A stretch of DNA of 64,000 nucleotides from Eledone cirrhosa (lineage: Eukaryota). The notes beneath the pieces are model-generated. The model was given only the letters and a program-made list of their open reading frames with translations. It was not told where the DNA came from and did no database searches. Positions 49,062-61,790 of this stretch are shown piece by piece. The position numbers were made by a program, and so were the translations under genes. The stretch is taken from the NCBI GenBank assembly GCA_964016885.1, contig OZ024740.1, positions 337,342,001-337,406,000 of the forward strand, in the 5' to 3' direction. Within the stretch, counting starts at the first letter, position 1, and each line of letters starts with the position of its first letter.

Positions 49062-49708
49062 TTCTATTCTATTCTAAGGCGGGTAAAATTCCCGAGATCC
49101 ATGGACGAGTTCTCTCCAGCGGTCTCTGTCCCTCATTATCGCTACCAAATGTCTGTCCTTAGGGCATCAACATACGTTAACCTTGGTCTTCCTCTTCTAG
49201 TGTGTCCATGTAGGGGCTCCCAAAGGAGCACTGAGTGCAATATCAACTCTGGATGTCGGTGAGCATGTCTAGCCAACCTCAGTCTCCTCTGTGTCACTTT
49301 TGAGCTGACTTTTGGGATGCTCCCATACAGCTCTGAGTTTTTCATCCTCAGTGTATACTGATTAATGTTCAGAGCCATCCTCAGCATTTGATTCTGTGGA
49401 CCGTTACTGCCTGATGAAGATCTTACAGGCTTATGGAATCCCCAAGAGGATAGTGGACCTGATATCACTGCTCTACACCAACACCAAAGCCCAAGTCATT
49501 ACACCTGATGGGATGACAGAGTTCTTTGAGATACTGGCTGGAGTGCTCCAGGGAGATACATTAGCTCCCTACCTTTTTATCATTGTAGTGGACTATTGTA
49601 TGCACCTTGCACTGGAGAAACACCAGGACTCTGGCTTTACTGTAGCACCAGCTCAGAGCAGGAGAGTTAGGGCGAAAAAGGTATCGGATGCTGAATTTGC
49701 CGACGACA
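49062..49708 (-). mobile_element. RTE-clade LINE (second family) with an inverted 5' segment
   Basis: 49062-49393 is the 3' end on the - strand. 49394-49708 is an RT segment (GVLQGDTLAPYLF...FADD) on the + strand. Confidence 0.85.
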
Positions 49709-49719
49709 TATATATATAA

Positions 49720-49908
49720 AGGGCGGTGAATTGGCAGTATCGGTAGAGGGTTGGACGCCATGCTTTCTAGCATAGTTACGTCCCTTTACAGTCTGAGTTC
49801 AAATCCCGCCGAGGTTAACTTTGCCTTTCATCCTTACGGGGTCGATAAAATAAAGTACCAGTAATGTACTGGGTAATTGCTGGCCTTGTGCCTAAAGTAG
49901 AAACAATT
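49720..49908 (+). mobile_element. tRNA-derived SINE
   Basis: Near-consensus copy. Older copies at 45098-45286 and 48827-49030. Confidence 0.88.
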
Positions 49909-50355
49909 ATATATATATATAATGTTGAACTAGCCTGCTTTTAAATTCCCTTTTTGGCATATTATAAACAGTGGGACTTTGGTTATCATGTCTTTGAGCT
50001 CTGCTGATGATCGACTCCAACCGTGACCATCCCCACTGAAAGTTTCGTGAAATAGTCTTTAAGACTATACAGAGCATTTGTAGATTTTCCAAATTGAAGG
50101 ATGAGTATTTTAAACTTTATTTTATTCTGAGTTAAGGCTCTATTGATTTTTCCCTAGATTTCACCAAATTCTGTGGATGAATCTATATCCTGATTCTTTT
50201 TGAATTGAGTTTGAATTATTTTCCCACATCTTACGTTAACTATTTTTCCAGTTTGACGCTATAGCTTCTTGCTACAATAATTTCTATACTTTTCATTTAT
50301 ATATATATATATATATATATATAAGTAAAACCACAGACCCTCCATCTCAACTCTA

Positions 50356-50391
50356 CTTTTGAAAAGCAGAAGAACTGCGAAACCGGTAAAG
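50356..50391 (+). ncRNA. Minimal hammerhead-like motif (U3-A8 variant) in a short (TA)n-embedded pLTR-like element
   Basis: CTT-TTGAAAA-GCAG-AAGAA-CTGC-GAAA-CCGG-TA-AAG, AATAAA 6 nt downstream. Confidence 0.55.
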
Positions 50392-50522
50392 GAACCAAAT
50401 AAATATATATATTTAAAAAAAAATAAGACTCCAGTTGCATTTTCGATTTCATCTCTTTTTCTTTATACTTTCACTCGTGTAGGACACCTCGGTTATTTTT
50501 CATTTTGTAAAAAAAACCTCAC

Positions 50523-50565
<43 letters not shown>

Positions 50566-50939
50566 CATTTAATGTCCATTTTCTATGCTATCATGGGTAG
50601 GATGAGCAGTCTCTTTGTGAGAGATCAGGTTTGAGGAATGTGTTTTTCTCACAGAGAACTGATTTTGGATTGGTTTCTATGGCTGGATGCTCTTCATAAC
50701 GCCAATCACATTACAGTGTGTGCTGGGTGCTTTTTGTAATGACACCTCCACAACCACTTTACACAGTGGACTGAGTGCTTTTAGTTGTGACACCTATATG
50801 ACCACTGTACAGTGTGAACTGGGTGCTTTTTGTTGTGACACCTACACGACCACTTTACATATATATATATACATATATATACATATATTTATGTATATAT
50901 ATATATATATGTATATACATATATATATATATATATGCA

Positions 50940-53370
50940 TATGACTTCCTTGAGCTAGTGCTGGACTCGAATTGGTCCCAAGTAGTCACCTCCCCAACAA
51001 GAGGTGACAACACTTTGGACCTACTCTTCACCACTACTCCTGAAACGGTTATTAGTATTACTACTGAGGAACATTTAGATGACTCTGATCATGCTATGAT
51101 CATTGCCAATCTATCCCTCATGGGCAGTAACAAAAACCACAACCATCTCCAAACTACTCACTTTGACTGGAATAAAGGAGACTGAAACTGTTACTGCACC
51201 GAGTTGCAATGTCCAAACTGGCTTGAGTTCTACGACTCTGGAGATGTCAACACTGTACTCCAGAACATCCTGAGCTCAATATGGACAGCATGTGCAGCAT
51301 CGGTGCCACGTAAGCAGAAAAAACTTCCCAAAAGTGCAATTTGGGAGACTGCAGCAGCCCGTCTTGCCACAAAAGAACGTTGTAATGCTGAACGTGAGTA
51401 CAAACTGCATAAATCAGATATCAATAGGAAGAGGCGAAATAAATCATCCAACCAAAGGCAGTGCTTCAATTTGAGCAGCGCATAGCAACCGGCCCTGACA
51501 GTAAGGTGTTCTGAAAGTATGTTCACTCAAAGCAGAGGCCTCACTCTCCAGTTGGTCCTCTTCGCAATCCCCACACAAGGCAGGTTACTGACGACCCCAA
51601 GGAATGCGCAGAGCTCATTGCTGAATGCTATGGAGGCATTTTCACTATTGAAGACCAGAGTGTACCGTCTCCACCACTTATGACACCGGATTCTATTACA
51701 ACCATGGAATTTACACCTGCAATGCTGCAATGTCACCTTAAAAATAAACGCAACCATGCCTCTCCTGGTCTTGATGGTGTTACGTACCTGCTTCTCAAAC
51801 GTGGTGGGTACTTCCTTCTGCACCAGCTATCACGCTTCTTCCAATTCTATCTGAACAACGGTGCTACTCAAGAACAGTGGAAAAGTGCCAGTGTCATTCC
51901 TCTGTTCAAAAAGGGTGACCGCACATCACCTGTGAACTATCGTCCAGTCAGTCTTACTAGCTGCATTGCCAAACTGATGGAATCCTGTGTCAGAGAAATA
52001 CTTTGGAATTTTTAGAACTCTCACAGTCTTATCCGGCAATTTGGATTTATCCCTAACTTCAGCTGATGTGATCAACTTATCGAGTTTCTTGAAGACATCA
52101 CCGGGATTACTGATGGCGGTTCATGGGTGGATGTTGTTTACCTTGACTTTGCTAAAGCTTTCAATTCTGTGCTACACAAAATGCTTATGGCAAAACTCTC
52201 TGCAATGGGTGTGAAGGATGATCTTTTTAACTGGTTGAAGTCCTTCATTCTCAGTCGAAGAGAGGTAGTCACGGTTCTGGGACAGCATTCCTCACCATAT
52301 GAGATGTCATCTGGTGTACCACAGGGATCTATTCTTGGCCCCCTTTTGTTTGTGGCATATATTAATGACATAGATGCCAACTTAAAGAATGCCACAGTAC
52401 TGAAATATGCAGTTGACATCAAGCTGTACCTTGAGATAAATAGGCCAGATCCTGAACACTATAGATCTTGCCTGCAATCTGACCTGGACACAATGCAACA
52501 ATGGATCACAGACTGGAAACTCAAGCTAGCTGGGGACAAGTGCACCACCATGCATTTTGGGAGTAAAAACCCAGCGTCCACATACTCCCTCTACAACACT
52601 AATATCAATAAGTCTTCTTGTGAACGTGACCTGGGCATTACGGTCAGCAGCGATTTGCGTTGGACGAAGCACGTCTCTAAAATTGACAAGAAGGCCGAGA
52701 GTGTCTTAGCATCACCCAGCAAGACCTTTGTTATCCACTCTCCAGCTATCTATTTAAAGCTGTACATGGCTATGGTGCGGCCACACTTAGAATTTGCATC
52801 ACCAGTCTGGAACCCCTATCTTGCTCAGAACATTGATCGCCTGGAAACTGTTCAGAGACGTGCAACCAAGCGAATACCTTCCATCAGGCATCTACCATAC
52901 TCTGAACGCCTTGCTTCCCTGGGCATGGATACATTGAAGCTCCGACGTCTGGCAACTGACTTGGTAAACACCCACAAAATTATTAACTATCTTGCCAATA
53001 ACAACCCTGAGTACATTTTTGATTTCCATGTGTCTAACACACGTGGGTATGCCCACAAAGTCAGAAAACAGCACGGTTCCCATGACTTTCGGAAACATTT
53101 TTTCATGCTCAGAGTTGCTGAAGCATGGAACAAACTACCTGCATCAGTTGTTAGCTGTCGAAACACTGCATCCTTTAAAACCTCCATGCTTCCTGAGATT
53201 CGCCAACACTACACCTAATATTCCCCCTCCATACACATACACACATGGATATCATGACTCATACACTATTCACTTCCCGGACATTTGTATATTATTCTAT
53301 GTACTATACATGCACCTTTGACGAGTTGTAGTGCACCTGAGCACTTTACACAATAATTTCATTATTATTT
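50940..53370 (+). mobile_element. CR1-clade LINE, 5'-truncated, decayed
   Basis: PTRGDNTLDL..SDH (APE end), NYRPVSLTS, VYLDFAKAF, SGVPQGSILGPLLF, ERDLG, VRPHLE..VWNP, WNKLP, (ATT)n tail. Confidence 0.92.
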
Positions 53371-53378
53371 ATATTATA

Positions 53379-54040
53379 CTAGCATTAAAGCCCGGCGTTG
53401 CTTGGGGTCATTAAGTTACCAAAGTTAGGTTGCACCACCCATTTTATGGCAGCACTATTTTGTCTGCCAGGCACTGGGTGAATGAATTGCAGACCTGGAA
53501 GCAGGAGCTGCGCCAGCAGTGACAATTGTAGTTTCGCCTATGGATATTATCTCTGTGCAAAAAAGTGTTGAAATTTATTGTTTCACAGTACTTGCGCAAC
53601 ACGCGCGTAGACGATGCCAGCCGAACAACAGAGCTGCGATGGAGTTGTTCTGCATGGTTGTCTGTGTGTTTTCTAAATTTAAGACAGTAGGGAGGGTTGT
53701 GATATGAGGGAGAGTTAGCTGTTGTTTCTAGCAGGTTTAGTGACTTCATAGAGGATATGTGTTTTCTAAATTTAAGACAGTAGGGAGTGGTGTGATATGG
53801 GGGAGAGTTAGCTGCTGTTTCTAGCAGGTTTAGTGACCTCATAGAAGATATGTTTTCTAAATTTAAGACAGTAGGGAGCGGTGTGATAGGGGGGGAGAGT
53901 TAGCTGTTGTTTCTAGCAGGTTTAGTGACCTCATAGAAGATATGTTTTCTAAATTTAAGACAGTAGGGAGGGGTGTGGTATGGGGGAGAGTTAGCTGCTG
54001 TTTCTAGCAGGTTTAGTGACCTCATAGAGGATATTATTGT
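53379..54040 (-). mobile_element. Helitron 3' part with an internal minisatellite
   Basis: A|CTAG terminus and CCCGGCGTTGCTTGGG hairpin like the 604 element. 5' end not resolved. Confidence 0.6.
53668..54033. repeat. ~92-bp tandem repeat, 4 copies
   Basis: GTTTTCTAAATTTAAGACAGTAGGGAG starts at 53668, 53761, 53852 and 53944. Confidence 0.92.
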
Positions 54041-54062
54041 TTATCATTATCTATAAAAGGCA

Positions 54063-54166
54063 ATCCCGCCGAGGTTAACTTTGCCTTTCATCCTTACGGG
54101 GTCGATAAAATAAAGTACCAGTAATGCACTGGGATAATAGCTGGCCTTGTGCCAAAAGTAGAAACA
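54063..54166 (+). mobile_element. 5'-truncated tRNA-derived SINE with 17-bp TSD
   Basis: TSD ATTATCTATAAAAGGCA at 54046-54062 and 54167-54183. Confidence 0.88.
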
Positions 54167-54877
54167 ATTATCTATAAAAGGCAGATTGTTGTTGTTGTTG
54201 TGTGTGTGCACATGTTCCATGTTTATACATTTGCACAAATTCAAACCGATTCGACTCAAAGTCTGTAAGAATCCACGTTCGTTGAGAGGTTTTGAAAAAG
54301 ATTTATCGCTTGTTGTTGAATAAATGTATCTGTTGCTTTTGAATAATTGTCGTTTCGTATGAAATGTAATAATTGAGCAACTAAAAGTTAGTGTGGTTAT
54401 AAATCATGCACGTTGTTTAATTGCTTTAAATGTTTTTTTATCATTTGAAGTGAGTGTGTGTTTGTATGCGTTTGTAAATAAATCAGTAAGTTTGAAGTAT
54501 AAAAGAGAAAGTAGCAAAATGTGTGGGTTGTAGATAGAGGTAAGCAGATGATATGAGAGAGTAAAACGGACACTATCACCATCAAGTTTGGAAAGAGAAA
54601 GTAGCAGAAAGTATGAAGTTGTATAGATTTTGAATGGTAATGGGAAGAGTTTAGCAGTTTAAATGAGAGAAAAAATCGTAAAATATTGAGTTTTATCTAT
54701 TTTTTGCGTAATTGTGGGTGAAATTGAAAAAATTATATGTGCCAAGACGCAATCGAAGCTATTTCGAACACTGAATTGTAAATTTCAATTGAAGAAATTC
54801 TATATCGTAGATTTCTATAACAAAGGAGCATGTCCATACACTGAGCTTTATAGATTATGATGTATATATACTGTATA

Positions 54878-54934
<57 letters not shown>

Positions 54935-54936
<2 letters not shown>

Positions 54937-56784
54937 ATAATAATAAATTCGAAGACTAAAATCCAAAGAGGGCTCGATAAGGATAAATATATATCAAATA
55001 TATAAGAACCGTAGAGCAAATATTTATTAAAATAACAGATTAAAGTTTAAGCAAAGAATCGCTGCTTTCACCCTTAACGGGATCTTCTGAAACTAAAAAA
55101 AAAAATCTGTGAACGCAGAACTAAATATTTCAAAAAACGTTGCAACCGGAGGAAGACAGGAAGACGATACTTTGGTTCGTGGAAATGTTCCCTGGCAAAG
55201 AATGGGAAAAAACGAAGATAATACGTCATTATTTGGAGCGGTGAAAAACAATTACACGCAAAGACAAAACCACGTTTATGGTATAAAAGAAGTCGTAGAC
55301 TATTATTTTATTAGGTGGTTCATGGAGACGTTCTCTGACAATGAACGAAAAAAACGAAGATAATACGTCATATGTGGAGCGGGGAGAACAATTGCACGCA
55401 AAGACAAAACCACGTAAATGGTATAACTGAAGTTAGACTAAGATTCTAACTAAGAAACCGAATGATTCTCGGCTTCAGAGTTAAGAATAAAGTAAAATAA
55501 AATACAGAGGTAATAGAAATTAAATAAATACATACACGCATCCATATACGTACATACACAAGCATACGCGAAAACCCTCGCCATAGGTATACAAATACAA
55601 GCACGTACACAACCCCCCCCCAAAAAAACCCCCCGCATGCACATACAAAACGGACGCAACGCTTGTACCCGCACACATACGAATGTATACACCAAATACA
55701 CATAAAATAAAAAAAAAAATATATATATATGTGTGTGTGTGTGCGTGTATACATATAATTAAATAAACGTATATAAATAAATAAATACGTATATAACGCG
55801 CGCACACACATACGTACATCTAAATACACATATATTCGGAGACACACGTCAACCAAAACACAAAGTACACATATACACACACCCTACATAGTTACGAACC
55901 CGCATACTCACACAGACGCAAAACTCGCGTATACACATAACCAAATGCATATGTACCAGAATATATAATATATACGCCATAACATATACAATCAAATATA
56001 CGTACAAGAAAGTATACGTACCTTCACAAAACATACAGGTAATATATACTTACCTATAAAAATAAGTAATGGTATAAACATAACATATACTTAGCTACCA
56101 CATCAAGACGTAAAATATCCGCGTATAGTTCGTACTATCCGTTAGGGTATAATGTGGGGCTGTAATACAGGAAAGTTTTGTGCAATTTATGTTTACAAGC
56201 CGAAATTGCCTCAGATTTTTTGTTTAAGATGTCGTCTTTGGCGTAGAGTATTTCCAGGGCCTCAGCAGCGCAGAGGTCACATAGTCTTTTATTTCTGTCA
56301 TACGATCTAGCCTTAACTAGGATCTCCCAGTGTAATTTATATTAGGTGTGGTTGTCTTTTAGACTCCAGATATAAGCTGAAAGTGACGTCATATTCCTCC
56401 TTAAAGGGTTATGAAAAGAATGGGTATGCATGTAAAGACGCTGCTTGAATCTATTGGCGGTTAACCCTATGTAGGCCCTACGGGACGTGGGTGTTTCAAC
56501 CTTACATTTGTAGACAATGTTACTAGAGAGGCATTTACCGGATAGGGGGCAGTCAACCCGATTCCTACAATTACAATACTAACTACAGTGTTGAAACGTG
56601 TTCCCATGACTAGGTAGTTTAGCTAAATTTGAAGCTGTGATGTTATGTGCAAGGTTAGGACTCGTAGAGTAAGAAATTTTAATGGTATTTCTATTAAAAT
56701 TTTACTATATTTATGTGTAGGGGGAAAATGCTTCATAATAAGAGAGAGAAAGATTTTAGCTAATGGTGTGGCCACCTCCATATG

Positions 56785-56785
<1 letters not shown>
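54935..56785 (-). mobile_element. Second Hydra-clade-like Penelope element with a complete but disrupted GIY-YIG domain
   Basis: Manual - strand translation of 56140-56780: [75 protein letters not shown] (stops and a frameshift). (TA)n on both sides. Confidence 0.88.
55044..55094 (-). ncRNA. Type I hammerhead motif (U4A variant) in the PLE pLTR
   Basis: On the - strand: AGTTT-CAGAAGA-TCCC-GTTAA-GGGT-GAAA-GCAG..TTGC-TT-AAACT, AATAAA 15 nt downstream. Confidence 0.65.
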
Positions 56786-56823
<38 letters not shown>

Positions 56824-56824
56824 G

Positions 56825-56861
<37 letters not shown>

Positions 56862-57042
56862 GTATAGAAGTATATATATGTATATGTATATATATGTATA
56901 TATATATATATGTATATATGTATATATATATATATGTATATATATATGTATATGTATATGTATATATATATATGTATATTTATATATCTATATGTATATA
57001 TATGTATATATATATGTATAAATGTATATATATATATGTACG

Positions 57043-57133
57043 AATATAGTGAAGAGTTTAGCGTAAAAGTTGGTGTTCATCAGGACTCCGTCCTTAGTCC
57101 CCTCCTATTTATTATTGCCCTTCAGGCTATAAC
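57043..57133 (+). mobile_element. 90-bp internal RTE RT fragment
   Basis: [31 protein letters not shown], near-identical to 28672-28762. Confidence 0.85.
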
Positions 57134-57489
57134 AAACTATCCCCATCCTACTCGCGCAACTTTCCCCAGCCAGAGCCAAAACAAGCCGCTCGACAAGTGT
57201 GCTGATGTCGCACGTGCCGTGCCAACAGGGAGAGGGCACGCACATGCCGACGAGATACAGATGGCAGAGAAGATTGTGGGACAGCTCACCTGGCTGCATC
57301 GTCTCCAGAGCCAGGGTCACCTACACCAGCACTCGAGACCACCACAATTAAGGGACCCAGAGTGGCCGCCGTGACACTAGACCAGGTGTCATACCGACAG
57401 CCATTACTGGCACCCCAAACGTCACACCAGTGCTGCTGCTGAATGTCAATCTCCGCACCCTCCTCGGCCACAGCTCCCTACCCCCCAAC

Positions 57490-59505
57490 CCACGCCCTGT
57501 TTCCCCTCGGTTCCTTTCCCTGTTCTAGGCCCCGCTGCAACACCTGTCCCCACATCACCAACACCACCACCTTCCAGAGTCCCAACGGCCACTCTCTCTC
57601 TGTCCGACATGCCTTCCGCTGCACCTCCTCCAACCTAGTCTACGGACTTATGTCGGACAGACGGGACGTCGCCTGGCGGACCGATTCACTGAGCACCTCC
57701 GGGATATTCGTCTCGGTGGTAGTTCCCCCATCGCCCGCCACTTTGGTGGCCCTGGACATTCCGCACGCCATCTCACAGTCTGTGGCCTACTCCAATGCCA
57801 CGGAACACCCGCCAATCGCCTTAGAGTCGAACAAAGAACTATCTTCATCTTACAGACCCACACTCCCCCCGGCCTGAACTCCCCACCCTTATTCCTTTAG
57901 CCTTCGACCGCCCCCTCCCCCCACACTTATCCCCCACTAACACCACTAACACACCCCTCCTTTTCACCGCCCACCCCACAACTAACAATACTAACACCTC
58001 CACTCCACCCCTCATCCGACCACCCTTCCCCAACTAACATACTAACATCCCTCCCTTCTTCTCCTCCTTCCCCCTCCTTATCACACGCATACACCCACCG
58101 GCACATATATACACGCGCTCACACTAAATACACACCCTACTACCACCACTAACCCTCACCCTCACACCTCCATCCCACCACCCCGCAACTAACCTCACTA
58201 ACACCCCCTGACCCCAAGCACACGAACACACGCACCCACTTACACCACCGACCCCACACGCAACTAACATCACTAACACCCCCCAACCCCACGCACACGT
58301 ACCCACACACCCTCGTACACCACCAACTCTACACACCCTACCACCACTAACCCCCACTCACACCTGCATTCAACCCTTCCCCACCTCCCGTATACTAACA
58401 CCCACTAACACCCCCTTCATCAAACTACACACACACCAGTATACCACACTCCCTCCATAGAACTACACACACCCTTCTCTCCCCGCTCCACCCACACCCT
58501 CGCTCCACACTCACTCATCCCACTAACACCTCTACTAATACACACACACACCCTCCTCACTCCAACTTTCACACCTACCCATCCTCGCCCCTTTACCATT
58601 CCACCGACTGCTGCTATGCCCTCTGACCACCTCCCAGCACAAACAGACACACAGCACTCCCACTGCTTGACCACTTCCTGTTGCGCGCGCACCCCACATC
58701 TCTCCTCTTCCGACCATCTCTTCATGGAATACTCGTATGTGGAACTTGATCACCACGGAATCCACTAAACATCATAGGATTTTACCAACTTTTCAACCAT
58801 CCTCTTACGGAATCACCTATATAACTCACCCACACACACACCCAAACATTTTTTTTCTCCACACGCCACCTACACCCACAACACGCGTAAACCCCCCACA
58901 CACGTGCTTTCCACCACATATTTACACCCTCAGCCTCCTGATTCCTCTCCCCCCACCCCTCTATCCACACACGCACAGACACTCCGACCTACAACCCCCC
59001 CCACACACCTCTTCCTGAACATGCAACCCCGTTCTTCCCCCAACCCTTACTTTCACATACACACACACACACACACACACACGTACACCTACACACACAC
59101 ACCACCTTCAGCCCTCCCCGCTCGGACACCCCGTCTTCCTCTCCCCACTCCACCCGCCACCACCCCTACAGACCCCACATCCTTCCACCACCTGTTTTAC
59201 CCTCTTTTTAATTTCAGTTTATTTTGATCATGCTTTTATATTTAATTTTATTTCATTCCTTGTATTTTGATCATGCTTTATTTTTATTTTTATTTTTAAT
59301 TTCATTCGCACCGTTTCCTTTCGCTATATGTCTCTCCACCACTCCCCTACACACCCTTTGAACTCTGTTCCCACACACTTCTCACCTGAGGAAGGGCTTA
59401 TGCCCGAAACGTCGTTCTCCACCACCACCCCACTCTCCAGAGCGTGAAATTAATAAACATTCGTTGTACTGCCTCTCTGTTTTGTTCCTGTTCAAATTTT
59501 TCCAT
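57490..59505 (+). mobile_element. Neptune-like Penelope element remnant (Zn finger + GIY-YIG, C/A-rich 3'UTR, pLTR)
   Basis: CSRPRCNTC..CTSSNLVYGL / YVGQTGRRLADRFTEH..IARHF..EQ..GLN, stop at 57900. HHR and AATAAA at 59381-59457. Confidence 0.85.
59381..59415 (+). ncRNA. Minimal PLE-type hammerhead motif
   Basis: CTGAGGA-A-GGGC-TTAT-GCCC-GAAACGTC. Stem I reduced to about 2 bp. Confidence 0.7.
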
Positions 59506-59579
59506 TATATATACATATATGTATATACATATATATATTTATGTATATGTATATATATTTATGTATTTATGTATGTATG

Positions 59580-59633
<54 letters not shown>

Positions 59634-59636
<3 letters not shown>

Positions 59637-60040
59637 CGAAGGAAATGTGGTAAGGAACCAGTTGGACCATAACGCACCAAAGTACTCAATACTTAGGGTA
59701 GTAGAGTGGGTAATAGGAACGAGTCGGACCCCGACGGCTGAGCTCAAGCCATTTCGACGGCTAATTCTGGACTAAAAAAAAAAAAAAAAAAAAAAGCACC
59801 ACTGGTGTGACTTTTGGGGTGCCAGTAATGGCTGTCGGTATGACACCTGGTTTAGTGTCAGCGGCGGCCACTCTGAGTCCCTTAATTGTGGTCGTCTCGA
59901 GTGCTGGTGTAGGTGACCCTGGCTCTGGAGACTATGTAGCCAGGTGAGCTATCCCACAATCTTCTTTTTTTTTTTTTTTTAGTCCAGAATTAGCCGTCGA
60001 AACGGCTTGAGCTCAGCCGTCGGGGTCCTACTCGTTCCTA
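59634..60040 (-). mobile_element. Fold-back half-hammerhead element carrying a 169-nt cargo between A22 and T16
   Basis: Reverse-complement match to 14816-15008, with the loop replaced by a copy of 57268-57436 in reverse orientation. Confidence 0.85.
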
Positions 60041-60293
60041 TATATATATACTTATACACGCAGACTATTTACTGACATCTACACACTTTTCTGAACTGCA
60101 ACTTCATCTCTGCACACTGTTGCACCTGCTGCATATCCCTCTCTCCTGCATCACATACTGAATACAAGGTAAACAACAGACACCTCACCCACCACCCTTA
60201 TTGGATATCGAGACAATTAATAATATATCATGTTTTCTATAAACACTGATTTTTCTCAAAACATACCTCTCAGTCTTCAGTAGTCTTATACTG

Positions 60294-61790
60294 TTGGTGG
60301 TGGTGGTGGTGGTGGTGACTGGGGTGGTATTGGCAGTGGTGGTGGTGACTGGGGTGTTAGTGGTAACGGTGGTGGTGGCAGTGGTTGTGGTGCTGGCAGT
60401 GGTGGTAGTGACTGTGGTGGTGGTGGTGCTGGCAGTGGTGGTGGTGACTGGGGTGTTAGTGGTAGTGGTGGTGGTGGCAGTGGTGGTGGTGGTGGTGGTG
60501 GTGCTGGCAGTGGTGGTGGTGACTGTGGTGGTGGTGGTGGTGGTGCTGGCAGTGGTGGTGGTGACTGGGGTGTTAGTGGTAGTGGTGGCAGTGGTGGTGG
60601 TGACTGTGGTGGTAGTGGTGATCATGGTGATGGCGTAGTAGTGGTGGTGGTGGTGCTTGTAGTGTTGGTGCTGGCAGTGGTGATGGTGGCAGTGGTGGTG
60701 GTGACTGAGGTAGTAGCAGTGGTGGTGGTGGTGGTGGTGCTTGTGGCAGTGGTGGTGATGGTGGTGTTGGTGATGGTAGTGCTGGTGGAGGTGTAATATT
60801 GGTGGTGGTGCTGGTTGAGGTGGTGGTGATGCTGGTGGTGGTTGTTGTTGTGGTGGTGGTGCTAGTGTTCCAATGGGGGATGGTGGTTGTGGTTGTTGTT
60901 GTGGTGGTGGTAGTGGTGGTAGTGGTGGTTGTGGTGATGGTTGTGGTGGTGGTGGTGGTAGTGGTGGTTGTGGTGGTTGTGGTGGTGGTAGTGGTGGTAG
61001 TGGTTATTGTGGTGATGGTTGTGGTGGTGGTGGTGGTAGTGGTGGTTGTGGTGGTTGTGGTGGTGGTAGTGGTGACTGTGGTGATGGTTGTGGTGGTGGT
61101 GGTGGTAGTGGTGGTTGTTGTTGTGGTGGTGGTGGTGGTGGTGGTAGTGGTGGTTGTTGTTGTGGTGGTGGTGGTAGTGGTGGTAGTGGTGGTTGTGGTG
61201 ATGGTTGTGGTGGTGGTAGTGGTGGTTGTTGTTGTGGTGGTTGTAGTGGTGGTAGTGGTGGTTGTGGTGATGGTTGTGGTGGTGGTGGTGGTAGTGGTAG
61301 TGGTGGTGGTGGTGGTGGTAGTGGTGGTTGTGGTGATGGTGGTGGTGTTGGTGGTAGTGGTGGTTGTGGTGATGGTTGTGGTGATGGTTGTAGTGGTGGT
61401 GATTGTGGTGTTGGTGGTGGTGGTAGTGGTGGTAGTGGTGGTTGTGGTGGTGGTGGTGGTTGTGGTGTTCGTGGTTCTTGTTGTGGTGGTGATGGTTGTG
61501 GTTGTTGTTGTTGTTGTGGTTGTGGTGGTGGTGGTGGTGCTAGTGCTCCAATGGGGGATGGTGGTTGTGGTGTTGGTGGTGGTGGTAGTGGTGGTTGTGA
61601 TGATGGTTGTGGTGGTGGTAGTGGTGGTGCTAGTGCTCCAATGGGGGGGGGGGGTAGTGGTTGTGGTGTTGGTTGTTGGTTGTTGTTGTTGTTATGGTAG
61701 TGATGGTTGTTGTTGTTGTTGTGGTGGTAGTGGTGGTGGTAGTGGTGGTTGTGGTGATGGTTGTGGTTGTGGTGGTGGTAGTGATAGTGC
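60294..61790. repeat. Degenerate (GGT/GTT/AGT)n trinucleotide low-complexity array
   Basis: Direct reading. Poly-V/G/P/T ORFs in several frames. Confidence 0.9.

Noticed and set aside
53668-54033. Regular repeats resembling a CRISPR array
   Set aside because: Whole units repeat with no unique spacers, there are no cas genes, and the context is a eukaryotic Helitron.
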